Below are positions 24,776-34,566 of a stretch of 64,000 nucleotides of DNA, piece after piece. Below the pieces are notes generated by a model that worked only from the letters and a program-made list of their open reading frames with translations, was not told where the DNA came from and did no database searches. Each line of letters starts with the position of its first letter. The first letter of the stretch is position 1. The position numbers were made by a program, and so were the translations under genes. Origin of the DNA: Bacteroidales bacterium (GTDB lineage: Bacteria > Bacteroidota > Bacteroidia > Bacteroidales > VadinHA17); the NCBI GenBank assembly GCA_041686075.1, contig JAWLEO010000009.1, positions 30,488 to 94,487 of the forward strand. The letters are read 5' to 3'.

Positions 24776-27733
24776 TTAATAAGTCAGACTAACACCAAAG
24801 AGGAAGATCCTCGGGCGCGGGTATAGATTATTGTCAATACCGCTTGCCACTTCCGGGTCAAGTCCCCTGTATTTAGTTATCAGCAGGAGATTTTCTGCTG
24901 ATGTATAGAGCCTGAGATTAAGTTTACCTGCCAGCAGGTTATCAAAGTTGTAACCCAATGATGCATTGTCGATCTTCAGGTAAGAGCCGTTCTCAATGTA
25001 GTAGTCAGAGAAATATTTTGGGTTCTCAAATTGCGTTTCCAGGAGGTTCCTGTTGGCATTACCCAGGCATCCTGAAAGGTAGATGCTGGCATATGAGCCG
25101 GAATTTGAGAAAGTATTATTGTAGACATAATTCCCAAGGGCCACTCTCCCATTAAATGAAAAATCGAAGTTTTTGTACCTTACCATTGAGTTGAAGCCCA
25201 TGAAAATATTGGGGTCAGGATCTTTGTACCTGTACCTGTCTTCAACGGTTATTGCTCCGTCACCGTTCCTGTCGACATACAATCCTTCGATGGGTTCTCC
25301 ATCCTGGTTATAGACCTGTTCCCATACGTAGAACGAGTAGTGGGGATGGCCCACGCTGTGTATCTGGATTGTATTGCCCACAGCACCCGAGATACCTCCA
25401 ATCATTACACCTTCATAATCGGGATCGTCAACCTGGGTCAGCCTGGTTATCTTGTTCTCGTTATAGGTAAGGTTAAAGCCGGCATCCCATGAGAAATCGG
25501 GTTTTGATATGATTATACCATTGATAGTGAATTCAATACCCCTGTTTTCCATGTTACCGACGTTGGTGAGTATCTGGTTCGTGAGGTTGGTGCCTGCGGG
25601 TACGGGTATAACATTGATAAGGTCTCTTGTAAACCTGTAATAGGCATCAATTGCACCTGTAATCCTGTTATTCAGAAAACCGAAATCGAGACCGACATTA
25701 TAAGTATCCGTTTCCTCCCATTTCAGGTTTACATCATAGCCCTCCGGTCTCAGAGTGGTGATGAAAGTATTGCCGAAGAGGTACCTTGCATTGTCTTCAC
25801 TGTATGTATATCTTGCCTGGTAAGGATAGTCATTAGCTGAAATATCCTGCTGGCCTGTAACGCCGTATCCCAGTCTTAACTTAAGATCTGATACCGGGCT
25901 GCCCGACATAAACTCTTCTTCTGCAATATTCCATGCCAGTGCCACCGAGGGGAATAATTCCCAGCGTGTTTCAGGTGAGAATTTCGATGAGCCGTCCTGG
26001 CGTAGTGTAACAGTTACAAGGTAACGGTCCATGAAGACGTAGTTAAGACGTCCGAAGAAGGACACCAGGTAACTTTCTGTTTTATAGTCAGTGTCCTGGT
26101 TCAAAACCGTTTCATTGAAATTGGTGGAGTAATAAGTCCCTTCCCTGTAGAAATGCTGCCATGAATAACCACCCACGGCGTTTATACGGCTGCTTATCTG
26201 CGGCAGTTCCTTATTATAGGTGAAGTAGAAGTCCAGCAGGGAGTTTTGTTTCCCCTGGGTGTAAGTGGATTTTTCACCCCCGCCGTTTACGGGATCATAA
26301 CCCCATGGGGCTTCCTGCGGTACAATTATGTCGCCGTTACTGCTTGATCCGTCATGTCCGACATTAAGCCTGGCACTAAGCTCAGGAAGGAAATGCATCT
26401 TATATTCCACCTGGACGTTACCGATAATCCTGTTAACTGTTGAAACATCATCCCTCATCATGAGTTGAGCCATCGGGTTGGTTGTAGCCGTGAAGAAGGG
26501 TGATCCATCAGGATTGGTCCATGTAAAATAACCCCCGTAGGGACTGTCTTCATCGTACACGGGGTGTGTCGGGTCCATTGATACAGCACCTCCTATTGCA
26601 CCCCTGTTGGCAAAAGTATTGTCAACATTCATCCCTTTAACATTAAGATCGACCGTGAGATGATCATCCAGGAATGAGGGGTTTAAGTTCAGGGAGCCGG
26701 TTGCCCTTTTCAGGTTGTCCGTTTTAAGAATACCGTCCATATCCGAGTAACTCAATGATACACGGTAAGGAAGGTTTTTATAGGCACCCGAAAAGTTAAG
26801 GTTATGGTCGTGGCTCACCGAGGTACGGTATATTTCGTCCTGCCAGTCGGTGCTAGCCGTTCCCAAAAGGTCGGTTACATTACTGTTACCTGCATACTTA
26901 TCAAGCACCAGTTCACGATATTCATCAGCGCCAAAAACGTCCACCTGGTTGAATCGTGAGCTTACTGACACGCTACCGTTGTAATTAATTTCCATTGGCT
27001 GGCCGGCTCTGCCCTTCTTGGTTTCAATAATGATAACACCATTGGAAGCTCTCAAACCGTATATAGCGGTTGCTGAAGCATCCTTAAGCACTGTAAACGT
27101 TTCAATATCGGAAGGGTGAATAGTGTTGAGCGGGTTTCTCATACCTGATATGCCTTCATTGTCAAGAGGCACGCCGTCAATCACTATAAGCGGGTCATTG
27201 CTGGCAGACAGTGACGAACCACCCCTGATCCTGATCCGTGCTCCTTCACCGGGAGCACCACCACCATCGGTGATCTGCACGCCTGCAATCTTACCAACAA
27301 CAAGCTGCTGCGGGGAAGTTATCTGTCCCCTGTTAAAATCTTCAGCTTTGACAGCTGAAACAGAGCCTGTTGCGTCTTTTTTGGGGGTTGTACCATATCC
27401 TATAGTAACAACCTCCGCTATCTGCATCACGTCGTATTCAAGTTCGACATTTATAGTAGTACGGTTATTAACAGGAACTTCCTGTTCAATATAACCGATA
27501 AAGGAGAACACCAGAGTGGCATCAGGACTTACCTCGATGCTGTATTCTCCGTCAGCATTGGTGGTTGTACCCCTTGTTGTACCTTTGACGAGTACATTAA
27601 CTCCGGGCAAGCTGATCCCCTCCAATGCGTCAGTAACCGTTCCGGTAACAGTTATCTGTTGACCGAAGAGGATACTGCTCATCATAATACCGGCGACGAA
27701 AAGCATCAATCGCCGAATCAATAATCTGTTCAT
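24776..27733 (-). CDS. susC: SusC/RagA family TonB-dependent outer-membrane transporter
   Basis: 985 aa with a CarboxypepD_reg-like N-terminus (ITVTGTVTD...LPGVNVLVKGT), a plug and a beta-barrel ending ...FGVSLTY. There is no STN/anti-sigma extension. Confidence 0.9.
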   Translation of the reverse strand: MNRLLIRRLMLFVAGIMMSSILFGQQITVTGTVTDALEGISLPGVNVLVKGTTRGTTTNADGEYSIEVSPDATLVFSFIGYIEQEVPVNNRTTINVELEYDVMQIAEVVTIGYGTTPKKDATGSVSAVKAEDFNRGQITSPQQLVVGKIAGVQITDGGGAPGEGARIRIRGGSSLSASNDPLIVIDGVPLDNEGISGMRNPLNTIHPSDIETFTVLKDASATAIYGLRASNGVIIIETKKGRAGQPMEINYNGSVSVSSRFNQVDVFGADEYRELVLDKYAGNSNVTDLLGTASTDWQDEIYRTSVSHDHNLNFSGAYKNLPYRVSLSYSDMDGILKTDNLKRATGSLNLNPSFLDDHLTVDLNVKGMNVDNTFANRGAIGGAVSMDPTHPVYDEDSPYGGYFTWTNPDGSPFFTATTNPMAQLMMRDDVSTVNRIIGNVQVEYKMHFLPELSARLNVGHDGSSSNGDIIVPQEAPWGYDPVNGGGEKSTYTQGKQNSLLDFYFTYNKELPQISSRINAVGGYSWQHFYREGTYYSTNFNETVLNQDTDYKTESYLVSFFGRLNYVFMDRYLVTVTLRQDGSSKFSPETRWELFPSVALAWNIAEEEFMSGSPVSDLKLRLGYGVTGQQDISANDYPYQARYTYSEDNARYLFGNTFITTLRPEGYDVNLKWEETDTYNVGLDFGFLNNRITGAIDAYYRFTRDLINVIPVPAGTNLTNQILTNVGNMENRGIEFTINGIIISKPDFSWDAGFNLTYNENKITRLTQVDDPDYEGVMIGGISGAVGNTIQIHSVGHPHYSFYVWEQVYNQDGEPIEGLYVDRNGDGAITVEDRYRYKDPDPNIFMGFNSMVRYKNFDFSFNGRVALGNYVYNNTFSNSGSYASIYLSGCLGNANRNLLETQFENPKYFSDYYIENGSYLKIDNASLGYNFDNLLAGKLNLRLYTSAENLLLITKYRGLDPEVASGIDNNLYPRPRIFLFGVSLTY

Positions 27734-27940
27734 GGATTTTTGTTTATTAACGGGTTACACATTTTTCTAGGTTAATATATAGTATTAATTAGTTCCAGGT
27801 AAAATATATTCAGACTCCAGAGGTATACAATAATAATATGAAATATATAAAATTTTTCTGTTTTTTAAAGACCAACAGGTAAATTTCGTAAGTTTATTAT
27901 TTCTATCCAATTCTTTACCAGTATTTTACTGCAATCGTTT

Positions 27941-27957
27941 CCGCAAACGTTTGAAAT
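27941..27957. promoter_or_regulatory. candidate LacI-family operator (CCGCAAACGTTTGAAAT) in the susC / lacI divergent region
   Basis: It contains the perfect 10-bp palindrome CAAACGTTTG (27944-27953). A second half-similar site, TGCAATCGTTTCC, lies immediately upstream. It matches the 10381-10397 motif. Confidence 0.5.
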
Positions 27958-28039
27958 CACCAGTTAATCCAATAACTGATTGATTCGAAATAGAAAAAAA
28001 ATAATTAATTTTACCTGAACGGTCTTATTTAGACAGATT

Positions 28040-29056
28040 ATGCATAAAGAAAATGTAACATTAAAAGATATTGCCAGGGAGCTGGAGATATCGCCTTCCA
28101 CGGTATCCAGAGCCTTGAAAGATCACCCTGATATAAGTCCTGAGACTAAAAAACTGGTGAATAAGCTTGCCGATAAATGGAATTACAGGCCCAATCCCAT
28201 TGCACTGAGTCTTAAAGGAGGTGAAAGCCGTACGGTGGGTGTTGTTGTTCCCGAAATAGTTCATTATTTCTTTTCATCGGTTATCAGCGGGATAGAGGAT
28301 TATGCCAATGAGCATGGTTACAATGTTATGATATGCCAGTCAAACGAGGATTACGAAAAAGAGGTTAACAGCATACAGACCCTTGTCAACAGCCGTGTTG
28401 ACGGAATACTCATATCCATTGCCAAGCTAAGCCGCAACATGGAACATCTTCACCAGTTAAAGAACAGGAACGTGCCCATTGTCTTTTTTGACAGGGTAGC
28501 CGCCGGGGTGGAGAGCGACAGTGTTGTCGTGGATGATGCCGAGGGAGCTTATATGGCAACCAAGCATTTGATCCTTGAGGGAAGGAAGAGGATAGTCCAC
28601 CTGTCGGGTCCACCCAACCTGCTTATTTCCAAAGACAGGATTGACGGGTATATACGGGCATTGAATGAATTCCAGTGCAATGTTGCCGAAGAAAACATAG
28701 TGAAGTGCGACCAGGTGCAGGAAGCCGAGTGGATAGTGCCCAGCCTGATGAAAAGGACACCTCCGCCCGATGCTTTCTTCTGTGTAAACGACTTTACGGC
28801 AGCCCAGACCCTGAACATAGTAAAGAAGCTTGGTTACAGGGTTCCCGGGGATATTGCCATTGTTGGATTCACCAATGGCCAGCTATCGAGTCTCACCGAC
28901 CCGGGTTTGACCACTGTTGACCAGCACGGTTATGAAATGGGACGTGAAGCAGCCCACCTCCTCCTGGACAGGATAAAGGACAGGGGTCTGCCCTACCGGA
29001 AGAGGGTGATAAGGACGGACCTGGTGGTGAGGGGGAGCAGCGTGGCAGAAGTATGA
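28040..29056 (+). CDS. LacI family transcriptional regulator
   Basis: 338 aa with N-terminal HTH VTLKDIARELEISPSTVSRALKD and a periplasmic-binding-like sugar domain. Confidence 0.85.
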   Translation: MHKENVTLKDIARELEISPSTVSRALKDHPDISPETKKLVNKLADKWNYRPNPIALSLKGGESRTVGVVVPEIVHYFFSSVISGIEDYANEHGYNVMICQSNEDYEKEVNSIQTLVNSRVDGILISIAKLSRNMEHLHQLKNRNVPIVFFDRVAAGVESDSVVVDDAEGAYMATKHLILEGRKRIVHLSGPPNLLISKDRIDGYIRALNEFQCNVAEENIVKCDQVQEAEWIVPSLMKRTPPPDAFFCVNDFTAAQTLNIVKKLGYRVPGDIAIVGFTNGQLSSLTDPGLTTVDQHGYEMGREAAHLLLDRIKDRGLPYRKRVIRTDLVVRGSSVAEV

Positions 29057-30492
29057 AGGTTTATTTTCAAGGCAAAGGCCAGATCCGAGGGTATTTTTTT
29101 GGCAGGTATGGCGATAATGTATTCATCACCTGATCTGCGCCATTTAAGTCTACCTTTTGTTCCCAGCATTTCGATAAGGGAACCCCGTGGTATTTCTATG
29201 CCGCCGATGTGTATTTCTTCAGGCATCTGTTCACCTTCGTCCAGGAGGTAAATGGCATATACAGTATCATCACCTTTTGATGTGTAACATATCTTATTTT
29301 CTTTATAAGGCTCTATTGCCCGTGTTTCATAGATAGCCTCTGAATTAATATCCATCCACCCTCCTATCTCTTCCAGCAGGTCATAAGCCTCAGGATGCCA
29401 TCTCCCATCGGGACCGGGGGCAATATTGAGAAGCAGGTTGCCTCCTTTGGCAACTATATCAACCAGCATGTGAACAGCCTTCATTCCGCTCATATATTTT
29501 GCATTGGGTGTCCACGACCATCCTCCCCCGGATATTATACATGACTCCCAAGGGTATGGAAGAGCCTCGCCGGGAACCGTGTTTTCAGGGGTTAGGTAAT
29601 TCTGGTTTTTGCCATACACAGCCCTGTCAACGACGATGAGGCCTGGCTGTTTCAGCCTGGCTTTGCTAACCAGCTCATCCATTCGTATATCCTGGTTTTG
29701 TATCCTCTTTGGTTTGTCTATATTCATCGTTTCATATGCCTGTCTCACTTCATCGGGGCTGCGTTTTTTCACCCAGCCGCCGTCAAGCCAGAGGATGTCC
29801 ACCCTGCCGTAATGGCTCATGAGTTCCATTATCTGATTATGTGTGTACTCTACAAATTTCTCCCATCGCCCAGGGTGGAGATTTACACTGTAGTTAACAT
29901 TCCTGTCGGGTGTGGCAAAGTAGGGCCACCAGTAATACTCACTGTGCCAGTCGGGCTTCGAGAAATAGGCACCGGCCCACATCCCCTCAGCCCTGAAGGC
30001 ATCGAATATTTCCTTTGTAACATTGGCACGTGGATGTGAATGAAAGGGTGTTTTGCTATCGGTTATTTTATAGTCGGTATAGTCGGTATCGAACATACAG
30101 AAGCCGTCATGGTGCTTGGTGGTAAAGACCACGTACCTCATACCTGCATTCCCTGCTGCCTCTGCCCATTTGGCGGGATCAAAATTGACAGGATTAAAGG
30201 TGGTCTGCAGGTTTTCATATTCCTCTTTGTATTCATTGTAATCATCCTTATCCCTCTTGCACCATCCTTCATCTTCCGAGCATATCGACCACGACTCCAC
30301 CACTCCCCACTGGCTGTATGGGCCCCAGTGCATCAGGAGTCCGAATTTCAGATCCTGCCAACGCTCCAGTTTTTCGAGAACAAGTGGGTCGGTTTCGGGG
30401 ACATACCTGCCGGGATGATGCTGCGACAACACGGTTGCCGATATCAGCAGGCAGAACAAAACAATGATAAGTGCTTTCATAATGGTGATCAT
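28993..30492 (-). CDS. GH29 alpha-L-fucosidase
   Basis: 499 aa with a signal peptide, GLLMHWGPYS and TTKHHDGFCMFD. Its 3' end overlaps the convergent lacI-family gene by 64 nt. Confidence 0.8.
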   Translation of the reverse strand: MITIMKALIIVLFCLLISATVLSQHHPGRYVPETDPLVLEKLERWQDLKFGLLMHWGPYSQWGVVESWSICSEDEGWCKRDKDDYNEYKEEYENLQTTFNPVNFDPAKWAEAAGNAGMRYVVFTTKHHDGFCMFDTDYTDYKITDSKTPFHSHPRANVTKEIFDAFRAEGMWAGAYFSKPDWHSEYYWWPYFATPDRNVNYSVNLHPGRWEKFVEYTHNQIMELMSHYGRVDILWLDGGWVKKRSPDEVRQAYETMNIDKPKRIQNQDIRMDELVSKARLKQPGLIVVDRAVYGKNQNYLTPENTVPGEALPYPWESCIISGGGWSWTPNAKYMSGMKAVHMLVDIVAKGGNLLLNIAPGPDGRWHPEAYDLLEEIGGWMDINSEAIYETRAIEPYKENKICYTSKGDDTVYAIYLLDEGEQMPEEIHIGGIEIPRGSLIEMLGTKGRLKWRRSGDEYIIAIPAKKIPSDLAFALKINLHTSATLLPLTTRSVLITLFR

Positions 30493-30602
30493 AGAATTTA
30501 ACAGGTCTAAGATAAAAGAAAATTGGCTTTCATAAGTTTTCGTCTCTTGTCTTCAATAGAATCTTTTTCGTACATTTACATATTAACTTAAAAAACCGGC
30601 AT

Positions 30603-32252
30603 ATGATCAAAGAAAGACTCATAGGATACATCGAAGACAGCATAAGGAAAAACTGGACTATCGAAGCACTCTCAAATTACAAGGAAGACGGCTACACCTA
30701 TAAAGAAATAGCCGAGAAGATGATAAAGTTACACCTGATCTTCGAAAAAGCAGGTCTCGGGAAGGGGGACAAAGTATCCCTTATCGGCAAAAACTCGGCT
30801 AACTGGTGTGTTGTATACCTGGCAACAGTCACCTACGGCGCTGTAATAGTGCCTATACTACCGGATTTTAAAAAGGATGACCTGTTAAACATAATCAATC
30901 ATTCCGATTCCAAGTTCCTTTTGATTGATAAACATATAATGGACAAGCTTGAATATGAAAAAATGCCTGCGGTGAGCAATGTAATGTATACCGAGGATTT
31001 CAGTTATGCCTACGGCAGGGACAAAGAAGTTAAAAAGCTGGTTGGAGACATCGATAAGGTTTTTAACGAAAAATACCCTGAGCTTACCCCGGACATGATC
31101 AAATTTTCAGATATTGACAATGAAGAGATTGCCGTTATATCCTATACTTCGGGCACAACAGGCTTTTCGAAAGGAGTTATGGTACCTCATCGCAGCCTGG
31201 CCGCCAATATCAGGTTTGCACAGAACAATATGCCGCTTGAGCCGGGTGATAATATTGTCAGCTTTCTGCCCCTGGCACACACTTACGGTTGTGCCTTTGA
31301 GTTTCTTTTTCCCTTCACTTACGGCTGCCATATCACCATACTTACAAAGACCCCATCACCACAGATAATAATCCAGGCCTTCAAAGAAATAAGGCCCCGG
31401 CTTATCCTGTCGGTTCCGCTCGTTATAGAAAAGGTGTACAAGAAAAAGCTTTTACCGGTATTAAATAAGCCTGTGATGAAAATCCTGCTTGCCATACCGG
31501 GCGTAAACAAGCTTTTATTGAAAAAGATAAAAAAGTCCTTATATGAATCCTTTGGAGGTAATTTCCACGAGATGGTGATCGGGGGAGCAGCTTTTAATGC
31601 CGATGTTGAAAAATTCTTCAGGAAGATAGGTTTCCCCTTCACCGTAGGATACGGAATGACGGAATGCGGTCCGCTTATCAGCTATGCATCATGGGATACC
31701 ACAAAGCTGGGGGCCTCCGGCAGGCCCGTGGATACCCTGGAGGTTACCATTGATTCAGAAAACCCCCAGAAGGAAGTGGGCGAGATAATACTACGGGGTG
31801 ATAACGTAATGCTGGGATATTACAAAAACGAAAAAGCGACAAAAGAAGTTATCGATGAAAATGGATGGATGCATACCGGGGACCTTGGCATAATAGATGA
31901 AGAAGGTAATATCTTTATTAAAGGACGCAGTAAGAGCCTTCTCCTGGGACCCTCCGGAAAAAATATTTATCCTGAAGAGATTGAGTCACTGATCAATAAC
32001 CAGTACCTCGTTGGAGAGTCCGTTGTCATCATGGAAGATAATAAACTGGTGGCACTTGTTTATCCCGATTTTGAACAGATGGAGAAGGATGGAATCAGTA
32101 AGGACCAGCTGGAGGAGATGTATGAGAAGATAAGGAAGGAATTAAATGAAAGGCTGCCCGAGCATATGAATCTCACCAGGTTCAAGATTTCCGAGGAGGA
32201 GTTTGCCAAAACCCCCAAGAGGAGCATTAAACGCTTCCTGTACACCGAGTAA
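30603..32252 (+). CDS. AMP-dependent synthetase/ligase (long-chain acyl-CoA ligase-like)
   Basis: 549 aa with the AMP-binding motif ISYTSGTTGFSKGVM and GWMHTGDLG. Confidence 0.8.
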   Translation: MIKERLIGYIEDSIRKNWTIEALSNYKEDGYTYKEIAEKMIKLHLIFEKAGLGKGDKVSLIGKNSANWCVVYLATVTYGAVIVPILPDFKKDDLLNIINHSDSKFLLIDKHIMDKLEYEKMPAVSNVMYTEDFSYAYGRDKEVKKLVGDIDKVFNEKYPELTPDMIKFSDIDNEEIAVISYTSGTTGFSKGVMVPHRSLAANIRFAQNNMPLEPGDNIVSFLPLAHTYGCAFEFLFPFTYGCHITILTKTPSPQIIIQAFKEIRPRLILSVPLVIEKVYKKKLLPVLNKPVMKILLAIPGVNKLLLKKIKKSLYESFGGNFHEMVIGGAAFNADVEKFFRKIGFPFTVGYGMTECGPLISYASWDTTKLGASGRPVDTLEVTIDSENPQKEVGEIILRGDNVMLGYYKNEKATKEVIDENGWMHTGDLGIIDEEGNIFIKGRSKSLLLGPSGKNIYPEEIESLINNQYLVGESVVIMEDNKLVALVYPDFEQMEKDGISKDQLEEMYEKIRKELNERLPEHMNLTRFKISEEEFAKTPKRSIKRFLYTE

Positions 32253-32269
32253 TAAATAGTGACCGTCAC

Positions 32270-32962
32270 ATGAGCAAACTGCACAGGTACCTGATTGTTG
32301 TGGCAGGGGGCAGGGGATTGAGAATGGGTGCCAAAGGGCCCAAACAATTCCTTTTGCTTGCCGGTCAACCAATGATCTTTCACACCCTTAACAGGTTTCT
32401 TCAATATGATCCCGATATTGAACCTGTAATAGTATTGCCCCCGGGTAGTGAAGGGACATGGAAAGAACTCTGTAAGGAATACAATTTCAGTCACCGCCAT
32501 AATATAATAAAAGGAGGAAGCGAGAGATATGATTCTGTCAAAAACGGACTTTCACTGGTCAGGCAGAAATCACTGGTGGCGGTGCATGATGCTGTAAGGC
32601 CCCTTGTGTCACGTGAAACAATAGACCGCTGCTTCACCGTGGCGGCTAAAAAGGGTAATGCCGTGCCCTTTGTCAGTCCTTCAGAATCGGTGCGGGAAAT
32701 AATTGATGATAAGCGGAACAGGCCCCTTGTACGTGAGAGGGTGGCCCTGATACAGACACCCCAGGTTTTCAGATCTGATATCATCCTGACAGCCTACGCC
32801 AGGGTATACAAGCCCTCTTTCACCGATGACGCCTCCGTTGTTGAAGCCGCCGGGAATAAGATAGAGCTGGTGGAAGGGAACCGGGAAAACATAAAGATAA
32901 CGACAAGGGAAGAGATGGATATTGCCAAGGGGATTTTAAGTATTAATTACGAGAGGCGATAG
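32270..32962 (+). CDS. ispD: 2-C-methyl-D-erythritol 4-phosphate cytidylyltransferase
   Basis: 230 aa with VVAGGRGLRMG...PKQFL and VHDAVRP. Its stop codon lies inside the GCGATAG repeat arm. Confidence 0.85.
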   Translation: MSKLHRYLIVVAGGRGLRMGAKGPKQFLLLAGQPMIFHTLNRFLQYDPDIEPVIVLPPGSEGTWKELCKEYNFSHRHNIIKGGSERYDSVKNGLSLVRQKSLVAVHDAVRPLVSRETIDRCFTVAAKKGNAVPFVSPSESVREIIDDKRNRPLVRERVALIQTPQVFRSDIILTAYARVYKPSFTDDASVVEAAGNKIELVEGNRENIKITTREEMDIAKGILSINYERR

Positions 32963-33655
32963 GCGATAGGCGAGATGCGAAATGCGAACCGAGCAGCGGG
33001 AGTTTCCCGAGTACTCGGGAAGCGAGTGCTGCGAGCTCGCGAGTGGATAGTGATTGTGGCCAGTGGGAACGAGCAAAGGCGAGACGGAGTGAAACGGAGT
33101 CCCTGACCGACCGCATCGAAGATCCAGACCGAAGCGTCTGGAGGGAGTCCGCCTTCGTCCTACGGATTACGGCGGACGAAGCGTCAGGGATACGAAAAAA
33201 ATTACGAAATATGAATTAATTGATTTATATTTGATTTTATTCTCGCTGTATAAAATGTCAGAAGCATTATTAAATAGAACAAAGAAATTTTGTTTAGATG
33301 TCATTTTTCTTGCTAAAAAATTGCCTAAGACTTTTCTTGGGAACTATATCAGGGCACAGATTACAAGATCAGGATGCTCTGTGGCTTCAAATCATCGGGC
33401 TGCAAGGTTGGCGCAGAGTAAAGCTGGATTTGTAGCCAAAATAAGCATCGTTATTGAGGAAGCTGATGAATGTTCATTCTGGTGTGAAATTATAGAGTAC
33501 GAAAAGCTCCTAAATGATCCACTATTGGATAAGGTTTATAAAGAAGCTGATGAGCTGACTTCAATTTTTGTAGCTACCAGAAAAACCATCGAAAAAAATA
33601 ATAAATAATCTTCATCCTTATTTTTTATTTCGCATCTCGCATCTCGCATCTCGCA
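32955..33655. repeat. inverted-repeat cassette 1: (GCGAKAK)n arm / four-helix-bundle gene / (MTMTCGC)n arm
   Basis: The left arm ggcgataggcgataggcgagatgcgaaatgcga (32955-32987) is complementary to the right arm cgcatctcgcatctcgcatctcgca (33631-33655). Confidence 0.75.
33255..33608 (+). CDS. four-helix-bundle protein (23S rRNA intervening-sequence protein / DGR Avd family)
   Basis: 117 aa from the ATG at 33255 (the ORF track starts at a TTG at 33231). Family-typical pattern: ...QITRSGCSVASNHRAA...F..K..IVIEEADECSFW. A TATATTTG box lies at 33226-33233. Confidence 0.7.
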   Translation: MSEALLNRTKKFCLDVIFLAKKLPKTFLGNYIRAQITRSGCSVASNHRAARLAQSKAGFVAKISIVIEEADECSFWCEIIEYEKLLNDPLLDKVYKEADELTSIFVATRKTIEKNNK

Positions 33656-33790
33656 ATTAATTTTAGTTTCCCGGTCCAAGCCCTGCCACTATCATTCCAT
33701 AAGAGTCCGTATTCATCGATTCTGCATCCTGAATATGCGCTTATTTTTTTATCTTGCAAGATCATTTCAAATAAATAAAACTTACGGATC

Positions 33791-34552
33791 ATGAAAAAAA
33801 CCATACTTCCTCTTATTCTTGCTCTTTCCTTAATAATGAATTCCTGCGCTGAATTAATGACTGCCTTACAGACGGCTACAGGGGATACTCCTCTTACCGA
33901 AGCCGAGGTTAGAGAAGGGCTGAAGGAGGCCCTGATAAGAGGAGCCAGGATATCGGCTGAGAAACTGGCCGCTCAAAACGGTTATTACGGCGATGAATTA
34001 ATAAAGATTTACCTTCCCCAGGAGGCATCGGTAATAATTGATAATATCTCAAAAATACCGGGTGGTCAGCAACTCGTGGATGATGTGATTCTGCGTATTA
34101 ACAGGGCTGCCGAAGATGCTGCAAAAGAAGCGGCACCCATCTTTATAAGCAGCATACGGCAGATGACGGTAAGGGATGCCTTCAGTATATTGAATGGTGA
34201 AGATGATGAGGCCACCCAATATTTGATAAGGACAACCTACGATGAGCTGTTCAACCTCTACAGTCCCAAAATACAGAGGTCGGTTGATAAGGACATAGTG
34301 GTAAATATGTCGACCCAGGATTCCTGGGATGCCCTGACCGGACAGTGGAACAAGTTTGCCTCATCACTCGCGGGAAGACTTGCCGGGGTTCATACGGTAG
34401 AGACAAACCTGGGCGATTACCTTACCGGGGAAGCACTGGATGGGATGTTTGTAAAAGTGGCGGAGGAAGAGCTGAGGATAAGGGAAGATGTAAGTGCCAG
34501 GGTGACACCTATTCTTCAGAAAGTATTCGGTAGTCTCGACGACAAAGAATAA
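33791..34552 (+). CDS. DUF4197-like lipoprotein
   Basis: 253 aa with lipobox IMNSC. The helical, charged repeat pattern resembles DUF4197 (assigned from memory). Confidence 0.5.
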   Translation: MKKTILPLILALSLIMNSCAELMTALQTATGDTPLTEAEVREGLKEALIRGARISAEKLAAQNGYYGDELIKIYLPQEASVIIDNISKIPGGQQLVDDVILRINRAAEDAAKEAAPIFISSIRQMTVRDAFSILNGEDDEATQYLIRTTYDELFNLYSPKIQRSVDKDIVVNMSTQDSWDALTGQWNKFASSLAGRLAGVHTVETNLGDYLTGEALDGMFVKVAEEELRIREDVSARVTPILQKVFGSLDDKE

Positions 34553-34566
34553 AATGCAATTGCCGG

